Part shown: positions 24,801-33,300 of the stretch, in pieces
Numbering within the stretch: the stretch's first letter is position 1
How the letters are laid out: the number at the start of each line of letters is the position of its first letter
NCBI GenBank assembly: GCA_043228905.1
Contig: JBHGNT010000012.1
Location: 20,398,001-20,462,000, forward strand
Direction of reading: 5' to 3'
DNA from: Azolla caroliniana
Lineage: Eukaryota > Plantae > Polypodiophyta
Length of the DNA stretch: 64,000 nucleotides
Position numbers and translations under genes: made by a program
The notes under the pieces: generated by a model
What the model saw: only the letters and a program-made list of their open reading frames with translations
Database searches by the model: none
What the model was told of the DNA's origin: nothing

Positions 24801-25296
24801 GCCGATCATGCCGATGGAACGAACAATCTCCTCATGGGCAACGGTCGGCTGGAGGGACGAGATGAGCCGGGAGGAGTTGTTGGCAGCGCGTATACGACAA
24901 CTCGAACGGAGACCGGAGGACGTGGAGACGGCTGCAGAAAGGATCCGAGTGGCGAGGATAAAGAACAAAGCCAAGTTCGACCGAACGCACCGACTCCGAC
25001 CGAAAAAGATCGAACAAGGTGACTGGGTGCTCGTCTACGACAGCAGCCTCGACAACCAGCACCGAGCAACGCGGAAGTTCGCACGGAGATGGTTCGGGCC
25101 GTACACGGTACAAAGCGCCAACGACAACGGGACGTATCATCTGGCGGAACTCGACGGTACGAGAGTAGCGATACCCGTGGCCGGGAAGAGGGTCAAAGCT
25201 TTCAAGAAGCGGCACGACGACGAACCCGACCCGATTCTCCTGGACAGCAGCGACGACCGATCCGAGGCCGAGGAAGGGCCGGCAGGCGAAGAGTAA
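21811..25296 (+). CDS. pol: Gypsy ORF2: RT-RNase H-integrase, in the -1 frame (listed ORF starts at a GTG, 21940)
   Basis: RT (WFTVPKK, DLYSGYDQ, FLDD); RH (VDTS, RELWG, ETDC, ADMLSR); IN HHCC, D-D-E (VDL, ADRG, VERG) and GPY motif. Confidence 0.95.
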   Translation, partial: FLERTAKAWGRDSPDAPGNPHICTIKPCTIGRKFCFSDSGACTVVGITGREKTKAEGRLRACGVLGPDEGINGAVEAVSFDDTLGMLGEVVEEDFNEDRTIPVCSEEMYEVIADFGRGLESERTARVSTKYKTVDRKVRPVAAPLPEGSESRIKGVASDPSLRDPACIGHTFTNETLRELKIGGGGFLLPVEEDRFRRMLGRHGKAFAFSPEEIGCVDPTIVEPMVIFTVPHVPWNLKPISVPRAHIPKLMELLRQKVDMGILEPSSAPYSNRWFTVPKKNGSLRFIQDLQPVNRVTIRNAGIGPTIDEFAEAFAGRSIYSVGDLYSGYDQFQLAVESRDITTMRTPLGLVRMCTLPQGGTNSVAHMVNAMNKVLRDCIPDITMPFLDDIPIKGCPVEEKDETIGPDGCRRFVATHIDDCEKVLQRLEDARLTFSGEKSAFGQSEIMVVGHLCGPYGRKPSPAKVEAISAMKPDCSSVTEIRRFLGACAFYHIWIPHYAHVAEPLYGLLKKGRRFEWLDEHAESVRKLKEALAAAPALRKAVYGKGTPVFITVDTSPTGIGWVVNQEDEDGNRFPIRFGAKVLSERQRGYAQVKRELWGIVSAVKADKDYLIGAEVIIETDCLPILGMVSGCATPDLAMLRWIAYIKSLDPEIRHISGKDNAMADMLSRARFDDEGGMVSEDEEVGVDFFEAAYITTDGMSTPALNEFDASKYDGEWLQIGGFLKTRTPDASWTKDEANRIRKKAYRFFLRDGHLWKHPKKRNGVPLRVVAMKEEQEELLAAYHDSPWAGHRGTWATFEKLKGKYWWPGLYRDVHRFVSTCESCQMHSIVRHRDGLRPTYPPTIHFKWMVDLVTMPMGVGQMRYLVLAREDLTNQVEGRALQNKTTAAVCRFLIEDVICRYGCVGKIVADRGELDAEEAAELFDRLGVKLSLTTAYNPEANGKVERGHGPIVKALVRACGGQVGNWPRLLPYALWADRTTHSSVTGYMPTELMFGQKPIMPMERTISSWATVGWRDEMSREELLAARIRQLERRPEDVETAAERIRVARIKNKAKFDRTHRLRPKKIEQGDWVLVYDSSLDNQHRATRKFARRWFGPYTVQSANDNGTYHLAELDGTRVAIPVAGKRVKAFKKRHDDEPDPILLDSSDDRSEAEEGPAGEE

Positions 25297-25368
25297 AGGC
25301 GGGCCGGTTTTCTCCGTGCCAACTTAATTTGGCGCATGCCGGTGGATGCGCGGTTAGGTGGGGGCGGA

Positions 25369-26062
25369 TGTCGTGAAGAAAACCGCCCACAAGAGGAATC
25401 GGAGGAACAAGGCGTAGGGAACGGCTCTACACACACACGCGCGCCAAGAAGTACCTAAGGGCGAAGTAGGTACATGCGAGGATCCTAGGTGGGTAGATTC
25501 GGTTGGTATGCAGTTAATGCCAAACGGCCTCTTGACGGGCTATAAAAGGAAGAGGAAGAATAGAAGTAGGGATCTCGCGCGGAGAGGACGAAGTGCTGCC
25601 GAACCGATTTCGGAGCTGCTCTCTCACTCCTGCTTTCTCTGTCTTCTGCTCCATCGCGTACCTGTGCAGGCTTCGAGGAGGCTTGCGCTGTTCCGTGGAA
25701 CGCCCCGAGTGCGTCCTGCAGCACCTCCGACCTGTTTTCCCTTTCTGTGCGTCGCGACATACAGGGGTCGGCATCTGTTCGCCGCCCTGTTCGTTTTCGT
25801 TAGTATCTATTTCGTGCCCCCCACCGTGGGTTGTAATACTTTAGTCTGTTATTTTCGTGCATTCATAAGTACATATCTTTCGTTGTTGCGTCCATCTGCG
25901 TCGGCGTTTATTTGTGATCTCTGTTTGTTGGGCCGTGTCCCTGTGCAATCTTCGGTTCTGTGAAATCAGGTCTCTCTCTCTTATCTCTCTCTCTTGCTCT
26001 TCGGTCCAAGACCCCCGTGGTCCCTCCTCCTTTCTGCACGCAAGGGCGTAGTAACCCCGACA
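25369..26062 (+). repeat. Gypsy 3' LTR, preceded by PPT aggtgggggcgga
   Basis: Direct repeat of 18953-19646. Confidence 0.96.
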
Positions 26063-27727
26063 CCGCGATGGGTCGAAGCGATGAATGAGGAGATGCAAGC
26101 ACTCTCCTAAAACACGACATGAGATCTCGTTCCCTCTTCACCCCATCAAAAGGCAATTAGATGCCGATGGATATACAAGGTGAAACACAATGCCAACGAC
26201 ATCGTCAATAGGTATAAGGCTTGGCTTGTTGCAAAAGGGTATGCGCAGACTCACGGGGTCGATTAAACGAAGAGACCTTTGCCCAATGGCAAAGATGACT
26301 ACAATTCGAATTGTGATTGCGCTTGCAACAGCAAAAGGGTAGCACCTCCACCAAATGGATGTGACAAACGCCTTCCTCCAAGGCGAGTTAGAAGAGGAGG
26401 TGTACATGATACAACCGCCCGGATTCAAGTCGACCACGCAACCGACAGCTGTCTGCCGACTCAAAAAGCCTCTCTACGGTGTCAAGCAAGCACCAAGAGC
26501 ATAACATTCAAAGATAACGCAATATCTTCACCAAATCGGCTTTCGAATGTCCAAGTCTGACAATTCTCTACTCATTTGGAATGACTCCGGAGGAAAACTA
26601 TTTATCATAATTTATGTGGACGACCTAGTCATTGGAGGAGAGCACATCGGGGATATCGAACATACCAAGCAACTAATCTCCGGTCGATTTGAAATGAAGG
26701 ACATGAAGGAGCTACATTACTTTCTAGGGATAAAAGTAATTCGGACTCGAGACGGCATCATGATCTCCCAACGACACTATATCCTCAATCTTCTCTCCAA
26801 GTTTGGGATGACAAACTGTAAGCCTATCACTACCCTTCTCGATCAAAACCTAAAGCTAGATGTTGATTCCGGCACACAAGAGTGTGAGCCGACATTGTAT
26901 CGTCAGCTAGTTAGAAACCTTATCTATCTCACCATTACTTGGCCCGACCTCAACTATCCAGTCGGCCTCCTTAGCTAGTTCATGCAAATTCCGTGCGATA
27001 TTCATTTCAATTGTGCTAAACAAGTACTAACGTATTTGAGTGGGACCATGGATTTCGGCATCCTCTACAGATCAACCACACTGATTCGACTCAAAGGGTA
27101 CACCGATATCGATTGGGCAAGATACAAAGCCGACAGACGATCAACATCGAGATTCGTCTTCTCACTCGGCAGTGGAGCCATTTCGTGGAGCAATAAAAAG
27201 AAACCGACAGTTGCACTATCAAGCACAGAGGCCGAATACAGGGGCGCAACTGTCGCCGCATGCGAAGCCGTTTGACTCAAAAGAATCCTAAAGGATGTGG
27301 GCGTTCCCATCAAGTATCTGATTCTCCTGTATTGCGACAACATGAGTAGCATCCACTTGGCCTGAAATCCAGTTTTCCACGCTCAGACCAAGCACATTGA
27401 GGTGCACTACCATTTCATCCAAGAACGTGTCTTGGCTAGAGATATCGATCGGTGGTACATTATCACGAATATGCAAACGTCCGACATATTCATAGAAGCC
27501 CTAGGAATCGACAAGCTGCGATAGTTCACGACGAACCTCGGTCTCTCGATTACCGACTAGTTGTGCTTGAGGGGGATTATGATCAAAGTCTTTCCAGTCG
27601 AAGCCGATTAAGACGAACAACCGAATCGAAGTAGAATGACCAGTCGAAGTCGAATTAGCCGAACAAACGAATCGAAGACCGAATCGAACCAAATTTTCTG
27701 AATCCGGAAGTTACGTTTGAAGGGGCG

Positions 27728-28035
27728 TGTTGAGAATCAAACTCAACTTCCCTAGTGTGTGAACACCCCACCACCTACCACAGTAACTAGGGTCATAGAA
27801 TGTGTGAACAGTTTAGTCTCCACCACTCTTTAGTAAGTGGTAGTTGTATAGAGAGAAGGTGACTACAAAAGCACCTCTTTCCTCTTTGTAAAGTCAGTTG
27901 GTTGTCTTATTCTTGTTAATACAATTTTTCGTTTTTCTGCATAACCCTATTTTGTCTCTCTCTCTCTCTCTCTCTCTCAACGACACACACATACACACAC
28001 CTTCCGCTGCACATAATCATTCTCAATTCTTTACA
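27728..28035 (+). repeat. 3' LTR of the 17810-28035 Copia
   Basis: Follows a PPT; tgttgaga...ttctttaca; end motif ttccgctgcaca..ttctttaca shared with 46915-46947. Confidence 0.8.
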
Positions 28036-29047
28036 ATGCCCAAATATGAAGTCGACCACCCTGATGAAAGTGATTCGGATGTGTCGGCTCACTCACTAGA
28101 CAATGAGTTTGGTGTACCCATTATGCGGACACCTAGAGTAAAAAAAGGCGCTCACATCGGCAAGAGAAAAACTCCAATGCTCATCTCGAGAGAAGAACCT
28201 GGTCACTTGGTTCGGCTACAACGAGTATATGGCCCATCATTACGCCTTTGCGATGAAGGTCATGACCGAACAAGAGCCCAAAAGCTTTACGGAAGTTGCT
28301 TGTGACCCCCGATGGTTAGCATCGATGGATGTAGAGATGTAAGCACTCGGCCTTAGACCGTTTAACACTACAAGCCTTCGTCATAGGCTTGAGGGGGAGA
28401 ACTGAAACTGCCACGGAAATACCTGTTGGGATTACGGTCCCTCCGGATGGGATGGTCGGATGTCCGGGAATCGGATGATGAATACCCCGGCTACGGAGCC
28501 GGATGATGAAGACCCCGCCGGATGCTGAAGACTCCAGCTACGGAGCCGGATGACGAATGTACCCGGAGAGAGATCCGGATGCGGGGACATATTTATGAAT
28601 ATGTTTGCCAAGGGCCCTTGCCGCTATATTTGTAAATAGCCCGAAAGTCATATGTGTATAAATATGACTTAGGGCAAACAGTTTTCGCTTGCTGCTAAGT
28701 TTTCTTGTTTTCACTTAGAGGGAGTGAAGAGAGCAGCCGAGAGCGAGAGATACGAAGAGGTCGTTGCCTCTGTGTATTACCGCCGCCTGTGGCGAAGACA
28801 GTGAGCTCAAGGTTGTTGCCTTGTAGCCTCACCATTGTACATCCCTGTTTGTAGTGATAGTTGGAGTTTGAGGACTCCCGTGGTTTTTCCCATTTAGGGC
28901 TTTCCACGTAAAACATCCAGTGTACTCTTCTCTCTATTGTCTACGTGCATTTTGTATTTTCCTGTTTTCTGTGAGTTAATCCTATTCCTCGGTTGTGGCC
29001 GAGCACTGTGTTCAACAAGTGGTATCAGAGCGACGGTAACACAGAAA

Positions 29048-32000
29048 ATGGAAGGCGGCGGTAGTGGGCCTCCGGGCATGATGGTGTTGAACTCACAGAA
29101 CTACGCCGACTGGAAGATAAAGATGGAAGACCTTCTCATCGTCCGAGACCTGTATGAACCGATCGACAATGCCGAGATACCCAAGGGGGTAATAGAGTCG
29201 GAGTGGAAGCTCCTGAACCGGAAAGCCGTAGCGACGATCCGGCAATATGTCGATGTAAGAGTTCTACAACATGTGGCGAACGACACCAACGCATATGAGA
29301 TGTGGAAGAAGCTGTCGGGCCTCTACGAGAGGAAGAATGCGTTGAACCGGACCTCCCTGATGAGGAAGATAGTGAACCTCAAGTACCGGGACGGCGAGAA
29401 TATGGTGGAACACGTGAGCACGTTCATGGGATTCGTGAACCAGCTTGCGGCGATCAAGTTCCCGTTGGAGGATGCAATGCAAGCCATCATTCTGATGTGT
29501 ACATTGCCGGAAAGCTGGGAGAACTTGGTGGTGACTCTCAGCACCTCCTGCACCGAAGATAACTTGTCTCTACAAACGGTAAAGACAAGCATTTTGAACG
29601 AAGAAGCGCGTCAGAGAGATAAAGAACCGGTTTCCGATCCGAAGATGCTGCTTACCGAATCGGATCGGGGAAGACAATGGAACCGGAGTCCGCAAAGACG
29701 GGAGAAGTCGGGGACCCGGTCGCAGTCAAGAGGAAGGCCCACATGCTTCCACTGTGGGAAGTCGGGGCACTTCCGGAAGAATTGTCGGCATTACCGAAAG
29801 GACAACGGAGCCGACGACACCGATTCGAAGAAGTCACCGGAGAGAAACGGTGCATACCGGGGATCCACGGACCGGAGAGGTCCGGATCGGCGAGGGCAGG
29901 ACCGGAAAGGAACGACGGCACTCGCGGCAAGTGAAGAAGAGATAATGCTCATTACCGAAGAGAGGGAGCTGAACCTTGCCGGTGTAGAGATGACCTGGGT
30001 GGTCGATTCCGGAGCGTCGTTCCACCTGACCCCGAAGAAGAAATACTTCTCATCCTACATAGCCGGTGAGCACGGCTGTGTCCGGATGGGAAATGAAGGC
30101 ACATGCCGGATTGCCGGCATAGGAGACGTGTGGCTGATGACATCAACCGGATGCAAGATGCTGCTGAAGGATGTTCGACACGTTCCGGAGGTCCGATTGA
30201 ACCTGATCTCGGCCGGGAGGCTAGATGATGAAGGCTACACGGGTAGCATCCGGAACGGTGTCATGAAGTTCAGCAAAGGGAGCCTGATAGTGGCTCGGGC
30301 CCGGAAAGTCAACACACTGTACTTGATGGATTCCCGGCTATGTCCGGAGGAGCTGAACGTGGCAGCCGATACTACCGGTGAGCTGTGGCACAAGAGACTG
30401 TGTCACATGAGTGAGAAGGGGATGAAGAGGCTTGCAGAAGACAACCTTATTCCAGTGAAGCATGTGCACCTGGAGAAGTGCACCGATTGCCTGGCCGGTA
30501 AACAGAACCGAACCCCCTTCCACTCAAGGCCACCGACGAGACGTAGTGTACCATTGGAGTTGGTACACACTGATGTGTGTCAGGTAGAAACGAAGTCACA
30601 TGGCGGAGCCCAGTACTTCGTAACATTCATAGATGACCATAGCCGGAAGCTGTGGACGGCACCGTTGAAGACAAAGGACCAAGTATTGTCCGTCTTCAAA
30701 GAACTCCACGCGAGAGTGGAAAGAGAATCCGGCAAGAAGCTGAAAGCGATACGAGCGGATAACGGAGGGGAATACCGGGGGCAGTTCGCAGAGTATTGTC
30801 GCTCGAAGGGAATCCGGCTCGAGTTTACTGTGCCGAAGACGCCGGAACTGAACGGGCTGGCCGAGAGGATGAACCGGACCATAATGGAGAGGGTCCGGAG
30901 TATGCTAGCACATGCGAAATTACCCAAGGGATTTTGGGCTGAGGCAATGTCGACGACGACGTATGTGATAAATAGATCACCCTCAGTACCTTTGGACGGA
31001 GACACGCCGCAGAAAGTGTGGACCGGTAAGGAAGTGTCCTACCGGCATCTGAAGGTGTTCGGGTGTCTCGCATACGTGCATGTGGCAAAGGACCGGAGAG
31101 GAAAGTTAGATCCAAAGACCCGACCATGCATATTCCTCGGTTACGGCGACGACGAGTTCGGCTACCGAGTATGGGACCCGGTCGACAAGAAGATATTCAG
31201 GAGTCGAGATATCATCTTCATGGAGGACAAGACACTCGCCGACTGGGAGTCGGAGAAGAAGATGAAGAGCTCCAAGTCGACCGGTGAGGATCAACTCTAC
31301 GAAGAGCAGTCCCGACCGGCAAGGGACCGGTTAGCACTCGAGGATCCGGCCGAAGACGGTGAAGAAACAGAACCGGCCGAGGAAGATGAAACTGATACTG
31401 GAACCGGCCCCGATCCCGAAATGGATTCGGATGAAGAGGAAACGGAGGAGCCGGTTACCGAAGCTCCGGAACGGAGATATCCTCTAAGAGAGAGAAGGCC
31501 CCCCCGGAGATTTCCGGAACCAGAGCACGTGCTGCTAACCGACGAGGGGGAGCCGGAGAGCTTTGAAGAAGCAAAACTTGACACCCATAGCCGCAGGTGG
31601 TTAAGTGCCATGCAGGAGGAGATGGATTCCCTGCATGAGAACCACACATATGAACTTGTGGAGTTGCCGAAAGGAAAGCGGGCACTTCGAAACAAGTGGG
31701 TGTTCAAGCTGAAACCGGGAGATGTCGGAAACCCCCCGAGATACAAAGCCAGGATCGTAGTGAAGGGGTTCCAGCAGAAGAAGGGCGTCGACTTCGACGA
31801 GATATTTGCCCCGGTAGTGAAGATGACCTCCATCCGGACGGTGCTGAGCATAGCGGCAAGCGTGGACCTCGAGGTAGAACAGATGGACGTGAAGACGGCA
31901 TTCCTTCACGGTGACCTCGAAGAAGAGATCTACATGCAGCAACCGGAAGGATTTGAGAAGAAAGGGAAGGAGCACCTGGTATGCCGGTTGAAGAAGAGCC

Positions 32001-33121
32001 TTTACGGACTGAAGCAGGCTCCCCGGCAATGGTACCGGAAGTTCGACTCCTTCATGACCGACGAAGGGTACCACAAAACGCAGTCCGATCACTGCGTGTT
32101 TGTGAAGAAGTTCGAAGGAGGAGACTCTCTAATACTCCTCCTATACGTGGACGACATGTTGATCGTCGGACGGGACCAGGTCAAGATACGAACGCTGAAG
32201 AAAGCACTTCACCGAACCTTCTCAATGAAGGACCTGGGTCCGGCGAGGCAAATACTAGGGATGCACATCATCCGGGACCGGAAGAAGAAGCAGTTGTGGC
32301 TGTCACAGGAGAAGTACGTGACAAAGGTGCTTCACCGGTTCAACATGTCGGAAGCTAGACCGGTCGGGTCAACCCTCCCGGCAAACTGCAAGTTGTCCAG
32401 CAAGCAAAGCCCCAAGACAAAGGCTGAGAAGGAGGACATGATGAAAGTACCATATGCCTCTGCCGTTGGAAGCTTGATGTACGCAATGGTGTGTACAAGA
32501 CCGGACATAGGATATGCAGTTGGAGTGGTGAGCCGGTACATGAGCAATCCCGGCAAAGAGCACTGGAACGCGGCCAAGTGGATACTCCGATACCTGAAGG
32601 GCACGGCAAACGTGTGCCTCCGATTCGGCTCCGGTAAGCCCGAACTCGACGGCTTTACCGATTCGGATATGTCGGTTGATGTGGATACCAGCCGGTCCAC
32701 ATCAGGGTATGTGATGACGTATGCAGGGGGAGCTGTTTCGTGGCAGTCGAGGCTGCAGAAGACGGTTGCGTTGTCAACCACGGAGGCGGAGTACATGGCG
32801 GCTGTTGAAGCCGGCAAGGAAATAATATGGATGAAGGACTTCATTAGAGAGCTCGGTATCCGGCAGGAGGAGTACCGACTCTACTGCGACAGTCAGAGTG
32901 CCATCCACCTTGCGAAGAATGCGGCCTATCACTCCCGGACGAAGCACATCCAGCGTAGATACCACTGGATCCGGGAAAGGATAGAAGACAAGGAGTTCAT
33001 GCTGACGAAGATCCACACGGACGAGAACGGGTCGAATATGTTGACCAAGGTACTCACACCCGACAAGCTGGAAGCATGCCGGAAAAGGATCGGATTGGAG
33101 AGACATCCCATGCCGAAGTGA
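29048..33121 (+). CDS. Copia Gag-PR-IN-RT-RH polyprotein (1357 aa from ATG 29048)
   Basis: CFHCGKSGHFRKNC, WVVDSGAS, HHCC/DDE integrase, QMDVKTAFLHG, YVDDM, LSTTEAEY. Confidence 0.96.
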   Translation: MEGGGSGPPGMMVLNSQNYADWKIKMEDLLIVRDLYEPIDNAEIPKGVIESEWKLLNRKAVATIRQYVDVRVLQHVANDTNAYEMWKKLSGLYERKNALNRTSLMRKIVNLKYRDGENMVEHVSTFMGFVNQLAAIKFPLEDAMQAIILMCTLPESWENLVVTLSTSCTEDNLSLQTVKTSILNEEARQRDKEPVSDPKMLLTESDRGRQWNRSPQRREKSGTRSQSRGRPTCFHCGKSGHFRKNCRHYRKDNGADDTDSKKSPERNGAYRGSTDRRGPDRRGQDRKGTTALAASEEEIMLITEERELNLAGVEMTWVVDSGASFHLTPKKKYFSSYIAGEHGCVRMGNEGTCRIAGIGDVWLMTSTGCKMLLKDVRHVPEVRLNLISAGRLDDEGYTGSIRNGVMKFSKGSLIVARARKVNTLYLMDSRLCPEELNVAADTTGELWHKRLCHMSEKGMKRLAEDNLIPVKHVHLEKCTDCLAGKQNRTPFHSRPPTRRSVPLELVHTDVCQVETKSHGGAQYFVTFIDDHSRKLWTAPLKTKDQVLSVFKELHARVERESGKKLKAIRADNGGEYRGQFAEYCRSKGIRLEFTVPKTPELNGLAERMNRTIMERVRSMLAHAKLPKGFWAEAMSTTTYVINRSPSVPLDGDTPQKVWTGKEVSYRHLKVFGCLAYVHVAKDRRGKLDPKTRPCIFLGYGDDEFGYRVWDPVDKKIFRSRDIIFMEDKTLADWESEKKMKSSKSTGEDQLYEEQSRPARDRLALEDPAEDGEETEPAEEDETDTGTGPDPEMDSDEEETEEPVTEAPERRYPLRERRPPRRFPEPEHVLLTDEGEPESFEEAKLDTHSRRWLSAMQEEMDSLHENHTYELVELPKGKRALRNKWVFKLKPGDVGNPPRYKARIVVKGFQQKKGVDFDEIFAPVVKMTSIRTVLSIAASVDLEVEQMDVKTAFLHGDLEEEIYMQQPEGFEKKGKEHLVCRLKKSLYGLKQAPRQWYRKFDSFMTDEGYHKTQSDHCVFVKKFEGGDSLILLLYVDDMLIVGRDQVKIRTLKKALHRTFSMKDLGPARQILGMHIIRDRKKKQLWLSQEKYVTKVLHRFNMSEARPVGSTLPANCKLSSKQSPKTKAEKEDMMKVPYASAVGSLMYAMVCTRPDIGYAVGVVSRYMSNPGKEHWNAAKWILRYLKGTANVCLRFGSGKPELDGFTDSDMSVDVDTSRSTSGYVMTYAGGAVSWQSRLQKTVALSTTEAEYMAAVEAGKEIIWMKDFIRELGIRQEEYRLYCDSQSAIHLAKNAAYHSRTKHIQRRYHWIRERIEDKEFMLTKIHTDENGSNMLTKVLTPDKLEACRKRIGLERHPMPK

Positions 33122-33180
33122 AGGGGGAGTTTGTTGGGATTACGGTCCCTCCGGATGGGATGGTCGGATATCCGAGAATC

Positions 33181-33300
33181 GGATGATGAATACCCCGGCT
33201 ACGGAGCCGGATGATGAAGACCCCGGTTACGGAGCCGGATGCTGAAGACCCCGACTACGGAGCCGGATGCTGAAGACTCCAGCTACGGAGCCGGATGACG
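33181..33300 (+). repeat. 28-bp tandem repeat in LTR U3 (ggatgatgaagaccccggctacggagcc)
   Basis: Four units plus a partial in the 3' LTR; 37 bp shorter in the 5' LTR (~28473-28555). Confidence 0.9.

Larger units (their letters stand above)
18953..26062 (+). mobile_element. Intact young Ty3/Gypsy LTR retrotransposon (no chromodomain, tRNA-Trp primed)
   Basis: 694-bp LTRs with about 3 substitutions; TG..CA ends; 4-bp TSD ccgc; PBS, PPT and two intact ORFs. Confidence 0.97.
17810..28035 (+). mobile_element. 5'-truncated decayed Ty1/Copia (IN-RT-RH-3'LTR); host of the Gypsy
   Basis: IN (CEACQFGK, DVIHSDVWGP) 17810-18700; RT/RH 26067-27560 (IYVDDL, LSSTEAEY); PPT gaaggggcg; LTR 27728-28035. Confidence 0.85.

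Noticed and set aside
19846-25215. Many overlapping antisense and alternative-frame ORFs in the Gypsy
   Set aside because: Expected shadow ORFs in GC-rich coding DNA; no motifs.
28937-29047. N-terminal extension of the 1394-aa ORF
   Set aside because: Starts at a non-ATG codon inside the LTR and crosses the PBS; the ATG at 29048 matches the sister copy.
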